57,598 nt of DNA from an uncultured Acidimicrobiia bacterium (GCA_963786955.1 CAWBAT010000001.1:1-57598); one strand, 5' to 3'; numbered from the stretch's first letter, positions 9,004 to 19,877 are shown. The notes: generated from the letters alone by a model not told the origin. A program made the numbers and translations.

Positions 9004-9702
9004 TCACTGTCCCGGATCCAATGCGAAATCCAGTGCCTTCCCGGCGTGGAGCAGGGACGTGTTGAAGAGCGGCAATTCGCAGTGTTGCGGTTGCACCAAC
9101 AACGGTATCTCTGTGCATCCGAGGACAATCCCGTCTGCGCCATTGTGGTGCAGACGTTCGATGATTTCCAGGAACATCTGCCGTGAGGTAGGCCGGATAT
9201 CGCCCCGGCACAATTCCTGGTAGATCACATCGTTTACCTGTTGCTGATCACCAGGTTCTGGAACTAGCACCGTGATTCCAGACCGTTCCAGCCCTTCCCG
9301 GAAGAATCGCTCACTCATCGTGAATACAGTCCCCAGCAAGCCTATGGACCGGAGCCCGGCTGTGAGAATAGCCTCCGCCGTGGCTTGCACGATGCTCAGC
9401 AGAGGCATGTGGACAGTCCGTTGTACTTCTTCGAATACAATGTGCATCGTGTTGGTCGCGATGAGCCCGAAATCAGCGCCCGCCACATGCAGCCGCTCGA
9501 GCGCCTCGGCCATTTCCCGTGCAGCTTCATTCCATTGCCCCTTGTGCTGCCAGTCTACAAACTTTTGAAAGTTCACACTATAGATCAGAATCTCCGGGTA
9601 ACCGTAGTCGCCGAACCGCGCCGTGTAAGTCCTTGTGATGTGCTCATAGTAGAGCGTCGTGGACTCTGGGCTCATGCCGCCAAGAATGCCTATCCTCTTC
9701 AT
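9004..9702 (-). CDS. Aspartate/glutamate racemase family (YgeA/RacX-like)
   Basis: IGILGGMSPESTxxYY, ATNTMH, IVLGCTEIP. Confidence 0.93.
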   Translation of the reverse strand: MKRIGILGGMSPESTTLYYEHITRTYTARFGDYGYPEILIYSVNFQKFVDWQHKGQWNEAAREMAEALERLHVAGADFGLIATNTMHIVFEEVQRTVHMPLLSIVQATAEAILTAGLRSIGLLGTVFTMSERFFREGLERSGITVLVPEPGDQQQVNDVIYQELCRGDIRPTSRQMFLEIIERLHHNGADGIVLGCTEIPLLVQPQHCELPLFNTSLLHAGKALDFALDPGQ

Positions 9703-10011
9703 TCCGCCTCCAGGACCAGCGCGCCGAGCCGTTTATTTGACATTAGCATGATCCCAAAGAGTGCCCCCATGCGGGGACCGCCGGCCGCAGCGCAGCCACC
9801 CATAACTGTCGCCCTCAATCACTGAAAAACCTCCACGACACATTTGACAGCCACTTCTCTCCGACTGTTGTGTCTATCGGCCCTTCGCCGAACTTGCAGA
9901 AATCATCTGTGGGGAGAGGATGTCTCGCGCAAGAAGCCGATCCACTCGCTCTACCAATCGGCAGGTTGCAGTAGCTGGGTCTTGCACTTGTTTTCTATAT
10001 GCTTCAGCCTT

Positions 10012-10260
10012 CTACTGTTCCGAGATTCCCAACTCCGTCATTGCCTGTTGACACCAATCAGAAACAACTTTGGAAAGAATTTCCGTTGGGTATTGCTCTG
10101 GAGTCCTGTCGCGGACCGGGTTAAAAATACTTATATCATAATCACCAGAAAGCGGTCCCGTGTGAATATTGATCAACATTGGCCCAGACAAGAAAATCCA
10201 CGCTGCAACCGCCATCAAGATTAAACCGCACCCCAACTTAGATATAGTCTGTAGACGCAA
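10012..10260 (-). CDS. Hypothetical membrane-anchored protein, possibly truncated
   Basis: N-terminal hydrophobic segment; the frame reads on beyond the TAG. Confidence 0.3.
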   Translation of the reverse strand: MRLQTISKLGCGLILMAVAAWIFLSGPMLINIHTGPLSGDYDISIFNPVRDRTPEQYPTEILSKVVSDWCQQAMTELGISEQ

Positions 10261-10301
10261 AATCGGTCCTAGCGTGGTTTGGCCGGATCAGTCTCGTCGG
10301 T

Positions 10302-11162
10302 CTAGAACGAAAACTCCATTCCGATGAGGACCCCTTTTTGAGTCAAGTGGATACCGAAGCGATCTTCCTGATTGGTGACAACCACCCGCGATCCAAGCTG
10401 ATATCCCACATTGACGCTAATGTGTTTGGACAGAGAATATCCTATATTGGCGGAACTGGAAATAATGCTTCCATAACCAAAGAAATACATTCCGTAGAGA
10501 TCCCCTTCGACAAAGAGCCGAGGTGAATCCGTCAAGTAGAAGCGAAACTGTGGGCCAACGACAGGAAGGGGAGCAAGAAATGAACCGCTCGCGGAGATGG
10601 CAGCTTGTTGTCCGCCGTTGACGACCTGCGCGGCAGCACTGACCGTTGCCGTTGCATCAATGATATCGACTTGGACTCCCACTCCGAGATGCCCGCGCTT
10701 GCCCCGGAAAATATCGTATTGATATCCGGGGGCAACGATGGATGCATGAAGATCACTTTGAGTCATCAACCCTACTTCGAAAGTCTGACCTTGAAAGTTG
10801 ACACTGCGTGTGAGCACCGATTGGCTAGAAGCGCTGAAGGGAGTGAACGCTAGGTATAGATGATTTTTTCGCGTAAATTTCCAATCTACTTTGCCGGAGA
10901 AGGTAGTGTGTGAATCGAAATTCAGGTCCCCCAAAAGATCGATAGGGATGCTATCTCCCTGGCCCTGTATGGAACCCGATGGATTCGAATGGAACAAGAA
11001 AGTGTTAATCTTCAGCGTGTACTCATCGAAATCGTCGTGTTGCCCGGCTCGCAAAACAGATGAAAAAGTGAGCAGCAGGAAGAACAACAGAAAGACTCTG
11101 CAGAAACTCCTGGATGACCCATACTTTCCCCTTCCAACGGACATTTGCCTCCTCCTCTTCAA
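10302..11162 (-). CDS. Outer-membrane beta-barrel protein
   Basis: Signal peptide, alternating beta-strand pattern, C-terminal MEFSF. Confidence 0.75.
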   Translation of the reverse strand: MKRRRQMSVGRGKYGSSRSFCRVFLLFFLLLTFSSVLRAGQHDDFDEYTLKINTFLFHSNPSGSIQGQGDSIPIDLLGDLNFDSHTTFSGKVDWKFTRKNHLYLAFTPFSASSQSVLTRSVNFQGQTFEVGLMTQSDLHASIVAPGYQYDIFRGKRGHLGVGVQVDIIDATATVSAAAQVVNGGQQAAISASGSFLAPLPVVGPQFRFYLTDSPRLFVEGDLYGMYFFGYGSIISSSANIGYSLSKHISVNVGYQLGSRVVVTNQEDRFGIHLTQKGVLIGMEFSF

Positions 11163-11216
11163 GACTTGATTTGCTTTTGTGGGGTTTCTTCGGGACCTAC
11201 TGTCGAACCCCCGTGT

Positions 11217-12175
11217 TTAGGTCCCTATGCTGGGTTGGCTTTTGCTGCGTTTAATCCAGCGATACGCCGCAAGCGAATTCTTCCAGAAGATTTTCTCGGA
11301 GACGGCGGCGCCCTTGGCCGTGAAGTACTCGCGGACTACATTTAGCATCAGTGGATATGGCCCCCACCGGTCACTATTCGGCCAGTCGCTGCCGTACATC
11401 AGCCGATTCGGACCGAAAATCTCCCACAGCTCATCCAATGTAGCACGGTAGAAATTCAAATCATCAGGAACCTGAACGTCGACCCGAAGAAGGACCTCTG
11501 AGATCTTAGCAAAGATTTGAGGCCGCTTTGCGATCTCATTCAGATCGGCCTGGACGGCGGAACGGACAGACAATTCTTTAGGCTGTTCCATTTGGGGGAG
11601 ATGATCGATCACCACGCGCAAAGCGGGGATCATGTCAGTGAGCCGCACCACCGCGGAAATCAACGCGGGATCGGGATTGGCCGTATCCAACCCCAGACCA
11701 GCGTCTGCCAGTGCCGCCAGGTCGGATCGGAAATCCGGTCGCGAAATTTGCTCGCCAAGATTCCGGTTCCAGAGATTCCCGTACCTGATGCCAAGAAACA
11801 AGGGATTACGACGGAGCCTCTCCAGATGCTTGCGGAAATCCGGCGTACCTGGTTCCAGGTTACCCACGGTGCCGACAATCATCGTATCTTCAGCGGCGAC
11901 GTCAAGCACCCACTGGTTGTCCTCCAACCAGGGACTGCACTCTACCTCTATCGCGCCGACGACGCCCAGTCCTTTGGTAACCTTCCGATACCGGTCGGTA
12001 GTGCGGGTCGGTAGAGAGCTGTTTCCTTCTTGTCAGGCCAGGGCACGCCCTCCGGTCGTCTCGGGTCGAAAAGATGAATGTGGGTGTCAATGATCGGCAC
12101 AGGTTCAGGGGGTGGGGTCGCTGCTAGACCCGCGATCCCGGCCGCCATACCAACAAAGGTTCTCCGATCCATCAT
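11217..12175 (-). CDS. Tat-exported amidohydrolase_2 (L-fuconolactonase-like), frameshifted near 12000
   Basis: MDRRTFVG Tat motif, IIDTHIHLFDP, VVIDHLP, LMYGSDWP. Confidence 0.85.
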
Positions 12176-12839
12176 GGTTATCCTTCCGTTCCTTTCCGTT
12201 GTCTCCTGCATGGTCATTACGCGCGAGTAGATTTACATGCCACAGCTTACACTCCGGATGCTTCTCGTCCTATGGCTTTTTCTATTCCTCCGATAAAGCC
12301 TATCAATCCTCCTCGACGACCTGCTCGAGGCTGAATGGATTGGAATCGATTTTCTTTCCGTTCGCCAATAGCACAAGCGAAGGGGTTATCTGGGCGCCTC
12401 GATAAAGTAGGAAAGCCAAACGAGGCCGATGCATCCTCAATGAGCTAACACAATAAGCCAGCTAGCAATAGAAGTGTCCGAAGGGAAAGATCATTTGAAT
12501 CGAGGAAATAGGGAGGCACCGTCTACCAAAAAATGATTTCAAGACGACAATCAAAATTGGCAATGCACCACGCTTGATTATAGGCCTTAGGTGGCGAAGG
12601 CCTATTGTCAAGTTAGGGCAGTGGTTTCACAACCCCAAGTTGTGATGGGATGTGGCTTACAACGATTGGTTCAAAATTTCAGTCGGTCACCCTTGCCAGC
12701 CGCCCTCAACCCCGGAAAAGCCTCCACAGCACGTTCCACAACGAAACTCTCTTCGACTGCCACGTTATTCGGCCGTTCGGCGAGCCTGTGAAACCATCTC
12801 TGGAGAGAGAATGTCTCGCGCACGAAGCTATTCCACCCG

Positions 12840-13256
12840 CTATTTTGCCTTCTGCCCCTTGATGGTTTTGGTTTTGTGCGCGCCCTTGGTGACATGCACG
12901 AGGAATCCATCCGCGCCCTGTAACCACACTTCGGCCAGCACGTAATCCGTCACATATTCCGTATACGACGGCGCGAAGTTCCCAACCATATCAAATACAA
13001 GCTGAGGCTCTTCAAGAGCCGGGCTCGGCTGCGGCAGCCTCTTGGTGAAGGGAATCTGAAATTCTTTGCCGGTTGTTTCCTGCCGCAGGGTAAGGTGACT
13101 GTCGTCCTTTTGGGCGATCCAGTATTCGCCGGCGCGGAGTTTTGTACCGTCGGCCACGAATTCGTACGCGATTTTGAACGTGCCCTGGGCTAAGGCCTGT
13201 GGTGCCTCCGCGACGAAGGCTAAGGCCGTTGCCACTACCCAAATTGCCAAACGCAT
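12840..13256 (-). CDS. Secreted hypothetical protein
   Basis: Signal peptide ending AQALA; F.F..G.KL.AGEY.I motif; GGAGG RBS. Confidence 0.7.
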   Translation of the reverse strand: MRLAIWVVATALAFVAEAPQALAQGTFKIAYEFVADGTKLRAGEYWIAQKDDSHLTLRQETTGKEFQIPFTKRLPQPSPALEEPQLVFDMVGNFAPSYTEYVTDYVLAEVWLQGADGFLVHVTKGAHKTKTIKGQKAK

Positions 13257-13359
13257 TATCTGAACCCTCCTTTTCCTCGGTCAAAAACCAGTTACACGGG
13301 CGCTCATCCTTGCCTTGACGCCCCCCACTCGACAGGGCCCGGGATCACCCGGGCTTCAA

Positions 13360-14742
13360 TTAGGCGTACGACCCCTCGGTCGTGCCTCCTCGAGACGCCT
13401 GCGTGGAAGGAACGCCGTTCTTCAGTGCGTCTTCCATGGCCGCAATGAACGTGTCGATCTCCTCAAGCGTCGTGTATATGTTTGGCGACACTCGGAGACA
13501 CTGATAATCAAATACCTGGTTCGGCGGGGCTCCGCCTGAGAGTCCGACCACGATAATCCGGTACTTGTCCATCAGGAATTTTGAGAGATCCCCAACAGGA
13601 ATCCCCTCGATGTTGACCGCTGCGACTGCCCACGCCTGAGCGGGTTCACTGAGATCCGTCAGTATCTGGATGCGTGGATTAGCCTTGAGGGCGTTTGCCC
13701 AGCGCAAGGTCAGATACCGCAACCGGGCCGCCTTGCGACTCCCTCCGATGGCCTGATGGTAAGCCAGGGCCTCCCCGAGCGCAGCCCGGATGCCCCACGG
13801 GTGCGTCCCGATGGATTCGAACTTCCGGATGTCATTGTCCTGCTGTTCGGGGGCTGCCTGCAGAGGCCAGAATCTCGGGATCATCTCCTTTCGAACGTAG
13901 AGCGCGCCGTTGCCGATCGGCGCCAGGAGCCATTTGTGCAGGCTAACGCCATAAGCGTCGCATTCGAGGTCCCTCAGCTTGAACGGAAAATGCCCCAGAG
14001 CGTGGGCGCCATCAACTATTGTCACGATCCCTTTCGATCGGGCCAGTCGGGAGAGCCGTGCGACTGGAAACATCTGGGCCGTCAAGTTGGTAATGTGGCA
14101 GAAATGGAACACCTTCGTTTTCGGTGTAATGGCCTGCTCGAACAGCTGGTAGAGAACGTCTCCTGTCGTCGGGACAGGGAATTGAAGGCGCGTCACCTTA
14201 ATGCCTTCGCGTCGCATACGTTGGTCCCATGTCGTCAGCATTCGGGGGTAGTCCTGTTCGGTCGTGATCACCTCATCCCCGGGCTTCAGGTCAATCCCGT
14301 TCTGCACGATCTGCAGCGACTCGCTGGCGCCGCGTGTCAGGGCCAACTCCTCCGGATCGCATCCGAACTCCGCGGCCATGCGTAAGCGGATTGTCTGGAT
14401 GCGGTCGGCAATGGGGAATTGATAGAAGATGGGCGCCATATTGATCATTTCCAAGTAGCGAAATTCCGACTCCAGGGCCATCCGCGACGTCGGGCAGGTA
14501 AAACCGTTATTCAGGTTGATGATCGTGCGGTCCAGCTTGAAATCCATCTGGATTTCCCGCCAGTAAAACTCGTCTTTCGCGACGTCGTCGGGCGACCTGT
14601 CTGCGACCGATTGAGATGCTTCCAGGACGCGGGCGAGGGCCATCTCTCTGGCCGCGCACGCGACAGTCCCGGCGACTCCGGCCGCACGCAGAAATGATCG
14701 TCGACTCCACTTTGTAGACCTCATCAAAAACCTCCTCACCAT
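13360..14742 (-). CDS. Class V PLP aminotransferase (isopenicillin N epimerase-like), Tat signal
   Basis: SRRSFL, NLNNG, VDGAH, SLHKWL (PLP Lys). Confidence 0.9.
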   Translation of the reverse strand: MVRRFLMRSTKWSRRSFLRAAGVAGTVACAAREMALARVLEASQSVADRSPDDVAKDEFYWREIQMDFKLDRTIINLNNGFTCPTSRMALESEFRYLEMINMAPIFYQFPIADRIQTIRLRMAAEFGCDPEELALTRGASESLQIVQNGIDLKPGDEVITTEQDYPRMLTTWDQRMRREGIKVTRLQFPVPTTGDVLYQLFEQAITPKTKVFHFCHITNLTAQMFPVARLSRLARSKGIVTIVDGAHALGHFPFKLRDLECDAYGVSLHKWLLAPIGNGALYVRKEMIPRFWPLQAAPEQQDNDIRKFESIGTHPWGIRAALGEALAYHQAIGGSRKAARLRYLTLRWANALKANPRIQILTDLSEPAQAWAVAAVNIEGIPVGDLSKFLMDKYRIIVVGLSGGAPPNQVFDYQCLRVSPNIYTTLEEIDTFIAAMEDALKNGVPSTQASRGGTTEGSYA

Positions 14743-15033
14743 GACTTACATTTTGGCATCTTCGACTAAAGGGAGTGTATAGTAAACGGCTGATCGGAAA
14801 CACAATTTTGTAGTTCAGACGCTCAGCGCGCCATCCGACAGTCGACGGTGTGCCTTCGGGACGGACTCAACCAGCACCTTGACCCGTTACCCCTGCGATC
14901 CGGCAGTGGCTACTATTCTGCTGGCGAGGGCAGCACTTCGATCCGCCGTACCTTAGACAGGATCGGATGCCGGAGTGTGAAGGCTGTGATCTTGTGGCAT
15001 GACAGGGCGGTCCTTATCTTGTGGGGTGCCGTC

Positions 15034-16221
15034 TCATTCCGGCTGGTAGCGAGCGACATACTCTCTGACGCGCTCGCGGTAATAGGCAAAGTGCTCCCAT
15101 GAGACATCGGGTGGGACCAAGTGATCACAGAAGGGAATGTATCCACCCTGCGCGAGCATAAACGGCAGCTTGGTCTCCAATTCGACATCAATCGCCTCTC
15201 TCCCCAAGGCCACTTTGTTTTTGTCCAATCCCCCCAAAATAAGCAACTGGGGGTATTTTCTGCGCACTTCGGCAATATCCATGCCCGCTTGCACTTCAAA
15301 TGGATAGAGCCCCGCGACGCCTCCTTCGATGAATCCAGGAATCAGCGACGAACACCGGCCGTCAGTGTCCACTAAAATGATGTCGATGCCATGTGCACGC
15401 AAATATCCGGTCAATCGTTTGTAGTAGGGGACAATGAATTCGTTGAACATGCGTGGTGAAACGAGCGGTCCGTTCTTAAACGACATATCCTCCCAAACGT
15501 AGCAAAAGTCCAGCTCAACAGTGGTGAGGAGTTCCTCCAACATTGCAAGCCAGAGATTGCACAGGTGGAGGTTGATATCGTGCATCAGTTTGGGGTCATC
15601 GTAGTACATGGTCAACTGGTGTTGCACACCCAATAGTTCGCGCGGCGTGGCAAAAAAACCATCCATGACCACGCCAAGGGGATAATCGCGCTGTCGGAAT
15701 GCACGCGCTATCGTGTGCCAACGATCGGGGAATCTGGCGAGGATGTTATACCCGAACCGTTCAGCCTTGATTTGTTCCCAACTGGCACGGTCGTGTACGG
15801 GCCAACTCAGATATTGCGGAAGCGAATCGCCGGCTTTTCGGACTCGAGCCTTTACGCCGTCCGTGTTGATGATAACCCGGGTGGTTTCCTCCTCTTCCAG
15901 CACTGTCTCTCTATACAAAGGGCAACAGCGCCAATTCAGTGGAACACGAACAGCGCCGTCATCGAAACCCAACTTCCTGTGAACATCGACATCCCTGTAA
16001 CGGACGATGCCCGGCATGTGAGGAAAAGGCAATGCTTCTCCAAACACCCCATTTCCAGGAGGAAACCCAAGCGGCGGGGAGAAGGGGGTGCGGGCCAGGC
16101 CTTCGAGATACTATCGCTCGAGTGTGCTGGTCCAGTAGCCAAACTCCCAGAGCGGGGTCCGGGTGCCCGGCAGGTGATGCATGTAAGCGTAATATCTCTC
16201 ACGGGCCGTCATCGATGCCAT
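15034..16221 (-). CDS. Uroporphyrinogen decarboxylase / MtaA-CmuA family protein with an in-frame TAG at 16111-16113
   Basis: RBS GAGGGG and ATG 16221 (MASMTARERY..WEFGYW..TLER*YLEGL) in frame with WEDMSFKNGPLVSP, DTDG, GGYIPFCDH. Confidence 0.8.
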
Positions 16222-16519
16222 GTCTGTGCCCCTCAATTAGCCCGCATTTCTCACCGGCGGACCGGGATGGCTGGCAACCTGCCCTTCCAGGGAATCCTAT
16301 TCGTGGTGAGAAATGTGGATTAGATGTTGATCGGTTGCTCCACACGCACGCTCAAATTGCGAGCAGGCGGCCTCTACGCAGTCTCAGAATTTTACTGTAC
16401 GCTACTTTTTGCCAAGAAGCGAACGGATGCTGGGTGTTGGATTGGGAAGATTTGGACGATCTTCTGATAGTGTGGAGAGACTACATGAACCTCGTTCACC
16501 ATGGAGGATTCCTTATAAG

Positions 16520-16660
16520 GGTTAGACGGGAACACCTCGTAAACGCAGTTCTTCAGTTTCTTGAACACGGAGTTGGCGTCGACGGGAGCGCGCCGTGGGA
16601 CGCCTGCAACAGCGATGCGGTTTCCAGTAAGGAACCGTGCAACTGATTCTGGGATTCTAG
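16520..16660 (-). pseudogene. Remnant of CoA-binding (YccU-like) protein N-terminus
   Basis: PESVARFLTGNRIAVAGV..ANSVFKKLKN..YEVFPSNP, after which similarity is lost. Confidence 0.55.
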
Positions 16661-16702
16661 ACCGGAAGCAAGCAGAGAAATTGGAGGAGTCGCGTGCAGC
16701 TC

Positions 16703-18052
16703 TTATTTGCGAATACGCTGGTAGCTGATCTCTCCATTAACGACTACCGTCTCTACATGGGCGGTGTACTCGAACGGATCCCCATCGAAGAGCACCACAT
16801 CCCCATCTTTGCCTGGTTGAAGTGAACCAACGCGGTCGTCGATTCCGAGTATCTTGGCTGAATCGATGGTTGCTGCGCGCAGTGCGCGCTCGAATCCCAA
16901 ACCATTTGCCATAGCGACGGCGGCTTCAAATAAGAGCACCCGAGTCTTGGGGACATACCCTTCAAAGCCAGTCATGAAGGCAATTGGAATACTCGCGTCG
17001 GCCAGCAATGCGGCGTTTTCGAGAGTCGCGTTCTCCGTCTGCAGCGCATCCAACCGTTGCATTGTCGGACCAACCAGTACGGGTACGCCGGCACGCCGGA
17101 TCAAATCCCGCACCAAATAGCCTTCCGTCGCCTTGGCCAGGATCATTTTGAGTTTAAACTCCTGCCCGATGCGGATGGCCGTGGCAATGTCATCTTCACG
17201 GTCCGCCACAAAGATTGCAGGCAAATCCCCCTTGACTACTCTTCCCAGTGCATCGAGTTTTAAGTCGGCCACCGGCTTTTTGGACGGGTCCTTTTTTTCA
17301 GACGTTTCCCACTCCTCCTGTTTGAGTAAGTAGTTCTTCGCATCCAAAAGGGCTTTGCGGATGATCTGCGCCGTGGCCATGCGTGTCACAGGGGCCTTTC
17401 CCTTCCCCCCATAAACTTCCTTAGGGTGTTCACCTAAGTTGAATACCATCGCCGAGACAGGGCGGATCGCCATCTGGTCTGCGGAGGCGAGACCATGAGT
17501 CCCAACCGTCTTGAAGATCCCCGCTTGTCCCGCAATGGGATTGTCTGGACCCGCGCCCGCTTGCACGGTGGTCACGCCGTAGCTCAGGACATACTCCAAT
17601 AGCTTCTCGCGGGGATTGAAGCTGTCGAGAGCACGGACATCCGCCGTGTTCGGTTCTGTGGATTCATCTTGATCCTGATCCCCCGGCACATTATAGATGC
17701 CTGAGAGACCCAAACAGGTCTTGGCATCGATCAGACCAGGGGTGACCACCGCAGCATGGAGACGCTCGTAGCCCTTTGGCACTTTCACTTCGGTGGGAGA
17801 GCCGACAGCCAGTATCTTTCCGGCATCGATGAGGACGACACCTGGCTTCAGGGTTCCCTGGGGGCCCATGGTGTGGATCACGTTGGCTTCAATGGCAATC
17901 TTTTGGGTTTCAGCGAAAACGGCGTGCCAGAGTCCGCCAATAAGAAGCAGGCTGACAGCGGCAGGAAGTCGTAAGATTTGCCGCATGACCCCATTCCATC
18001 GCCAAACGAAAACAAAAAAGCCAAGCTTCGAATTCCGAAATATGGCATTCAC
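16703..18052 (-). CDS. Amidohydrolase family protein (HutI-like), metal ligands degenerate
   Basis: VTPGLIDAKT, GSLQPGKDGDVVLFDGDP; coupled to the upstream paralogue. Confidence 0.85.
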   Translation of the reverse strand: MNAIFRNSKLGFFVFVWRWNGVMRQILRLPAAVSLLLIGGLWHAVFAETQKIAIEANVIHTMGPQGTLKPGVVLIDAGKILAVGSPTEVKVPKGYERLHAAVVTPGLIDAKTCLGLSGIYNVPGDQDQDESTEPNTADVRALDSFNPREKLLEYVLSYGVTTVQAGAGPDNPIAGQAGIFKTVGTHGLASADQMAIRPVSAMVFNLGEHPKEVYGGKGKAPVTRMATAQIIRKALLDAKNYLLKQEEWETSEKKDPSKKPVADLKLDALGRVVKGDLPAIFVADREDDIATAIRIGQEFKLKMILAKATEGYLVRDLIRRAGVPVLVGPTMQRLDALQTENATLENAALLADASIPIAFMTGFEGYVPKTRVLLFEAAVAMANGLGFERALRAATIDSAKILGIDDRVGSLQPGKDGDVVLFDGDPFEYTAHVETVVVNGEISYQRIRK

Positions 18053-19401
18053 TGGGCACCTCCCAAGAGCGGATAGCGGCCTCGGACTTCCCAGCCGCCT
18101 GTGGAGTAACGGATGTCTTCGGGGCGGTCCCGGTCAAATACTTTTTCTCCTTCGATATAGGTGGAGAGAACTTTGGTGTAGACACTAAAAGGCGGGCCGC
18201 TCAACACGACCAGATCGGCATCTTTTCCCGGCTCGAGCGAGCCCACACGACTTCCGAGGTCAAGCATCTCGGCAGGGCTGAGCGTGAGGGCGCGTAATGC
18301 ACCGGCCTCGGTCATTCCCCCGCGCACGGCCAGCCCCCCTTCGCGGAGCAAGAAGCGAGAGCTGATGATGTAATCGTCGGTGTTGAAAGCGACCTTCACA
18401 CCCGCCCGCTCGAGGACAGCGGGACGTTCCGGGGTAAAGTCCAGAACCTCTAATTTTCCCCCTGGCGCATCAACGAGTGTGATGGAGCAAGGCACTTTGC
18501 GCCGCGCCAGCTCGTCTGCCACTTGCCAGGCTCCCGAGCCATGCTGAATCACGATGCGGAATTGAAATTCTTCGGCCAAGCGAAGAACCGTCATAATGTC
18601 ATCCGAGCGGTGGGTGTGAAAATGGACAATGCGTTTTTGTTCCAATACTTCGACCACAGGCTCAAGTTCCAGATCGCGTTCTGGAGTTTTGATGTCTTTT
18701 TTCCCTTCGGCTTTCGCCTGGGTGTAGTCGTCCCACTTGCGTTTGTACTCCTGTGCCCGAACAAACAGCCGCCGGCTGAGTGCCGCCTCCTCCATGCGCG
18801 TCGCAGGAGCCTGGCCACGCCGGCCGTAGTTCTTGGGGTTTTCACCGTTGGCCATCTTCAATCCACCGACACTTCCCGGGATCAGCATCTCTTCAATAGT
18901 ACGCCCTCGCAGTTTGACGTATGCGGTCTGTCCTCCGACTACATTCCCACTGCCCGGCATTATGTTTACTGTGGTCACTCCACCCGCCAAAGCCATGTGG
19001 ATGCCGGGGTCAGCCGGCCAAATTGCGTCCATGGCACGCAGCGCAGGTTGGACCGGGCCACTGGATTCATTGCCGTCGGCATTGGCAGGCACCGACGGCC
19101 TGGAATAGATACCGATGTGAGAGTGCGTGTCGACCAGGCCGGGGATAATCGTCTTGCCGCTCAAGTTCTCCACCCGTGAGTTCGGGGGGATCGCCACCGA
19201 TCCTTCTGGGCCCACTGCCTTGAGTTTCCCGTCCTCGATGACGATCACACCCCGATCGATGGGAGTTCCAGAGACCGGGTAAAGTTTCGCGCCTTGCAAA
19301 ACCAGAGTGTTGCTTTGACCCATGGCCGATCCGGCCATAAATAAGTAAATGAAGAACCATTGAACGGCATTGCACATACGTAGATATACCCCCTGAGCCA
19401 T
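18049..19401 (-). CDS. Amidohydrolase family protein (HutI-like)
   Basis: IIPGLVDTHSH, LKMANGENPK, HFHTHR, QHG, NTD, GSLEPGKDAD. Confidence 0.9.
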   Translation of the reverse strand: MAQGVYLRMCNAVQWFFIYLFMAGSAMGQSNTLVLQGAKLYPVSGTPIDRGVIVIEDGKLKAVGPEGSVAIPPNSRVENLSGKTIIPGLVDTHSHIGIYSRPSVPANADGNESSGPVQPALRAMDAIWPADPGIHMALAGGVTTVNIMPGSGNVVGGQTAYVKLRGRTIEEMLIPGSVGGLKMANGENPKNYGRRGQAPATRMEEAALSRRLFVRAQEYKRKWDDYTQAKAEGKKDIKTPERDLELEPVVEVLEQKRIVHFHTHRSDDIMTVLRLAEEFQFRIVIQHGSGAWQVADELARRKVPCSITLVDAPGGKLEVLDFTPERPAVLERAGVKVAFNTDDYIISSRFLLREGGLAVRGGMTEAGALRALTLSPAEMLDLGSRVGSLEPGKDADLVVLSGPPFSVYTKVLSTYIEGEKVFDRDRPEDIRYSTGGWEVRGRYPLLGGAQ

Positions 19402-19694
19402 CCTGATGAGACTTAATCAGTCAAATTGAGCAAATAAGAAACCGGAGTATACAGCGATGTCCAGGTCGCCTCAAAGCACGTTTTCAAAATTTTCTTACGC
19501 AGTTGCAATATTCCGAGTTGTAGCTGGCCCCGTTGGGGCCGGCAGGGGTCAACGTCCCGAGCCATGGCCATTTCCACAAATTTTATACTGCTCGGCACGC
19601 AGAGACCCTTCATAGACATGCAAAAAATGCATGTCTGCGCCCGCCGAAGGTTGGGTAACACTGCGCCCGCAACTATTTACCCAAGCAACTTGAC

Positions 19695-19877
19695 ATGGCC
19701 AGCGTAATGCGTTGGTCATCGGGGAATTTCTGGTAGGGCGCGCTCGCCGAGCGCGCCGCGGACGGCCCGGCGGTCCGTCCCTACCCACTCAGCCGCTACA
19801 GAATCGAAAATCTCAAATCGTCACCAAAGGCATTGCCCTTACGGATTTCCCCCCGTAACTAACGCATTACTGGCCAT
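19695..19877. mobile_element. MITE-like element enclosing a GTAG-type REP doublet
   Basis: Imperfect ~30-bp TIRs TGGCCAG(C)GTAATGCGTT..; internal GTAGGGCGCGCTCGCCGAGCGCGCC..GGACGGCCCGGCGGTCCGTCCCTAC (19733-19784). Confidence 0.6.

Noticed and set aside
12610-12805. Additional MITE (TGGTTTCACA / TGTGAAACCA ends)
   Set aside because: Only a 10-bp inverted match, single copy, no target duplication seen.
15939-16646. 235-aa plus-strand ORF
   Set aside because: Antisense to the URO-D gene 5' part and the CoA-binding remnant; no recognisable motifs.
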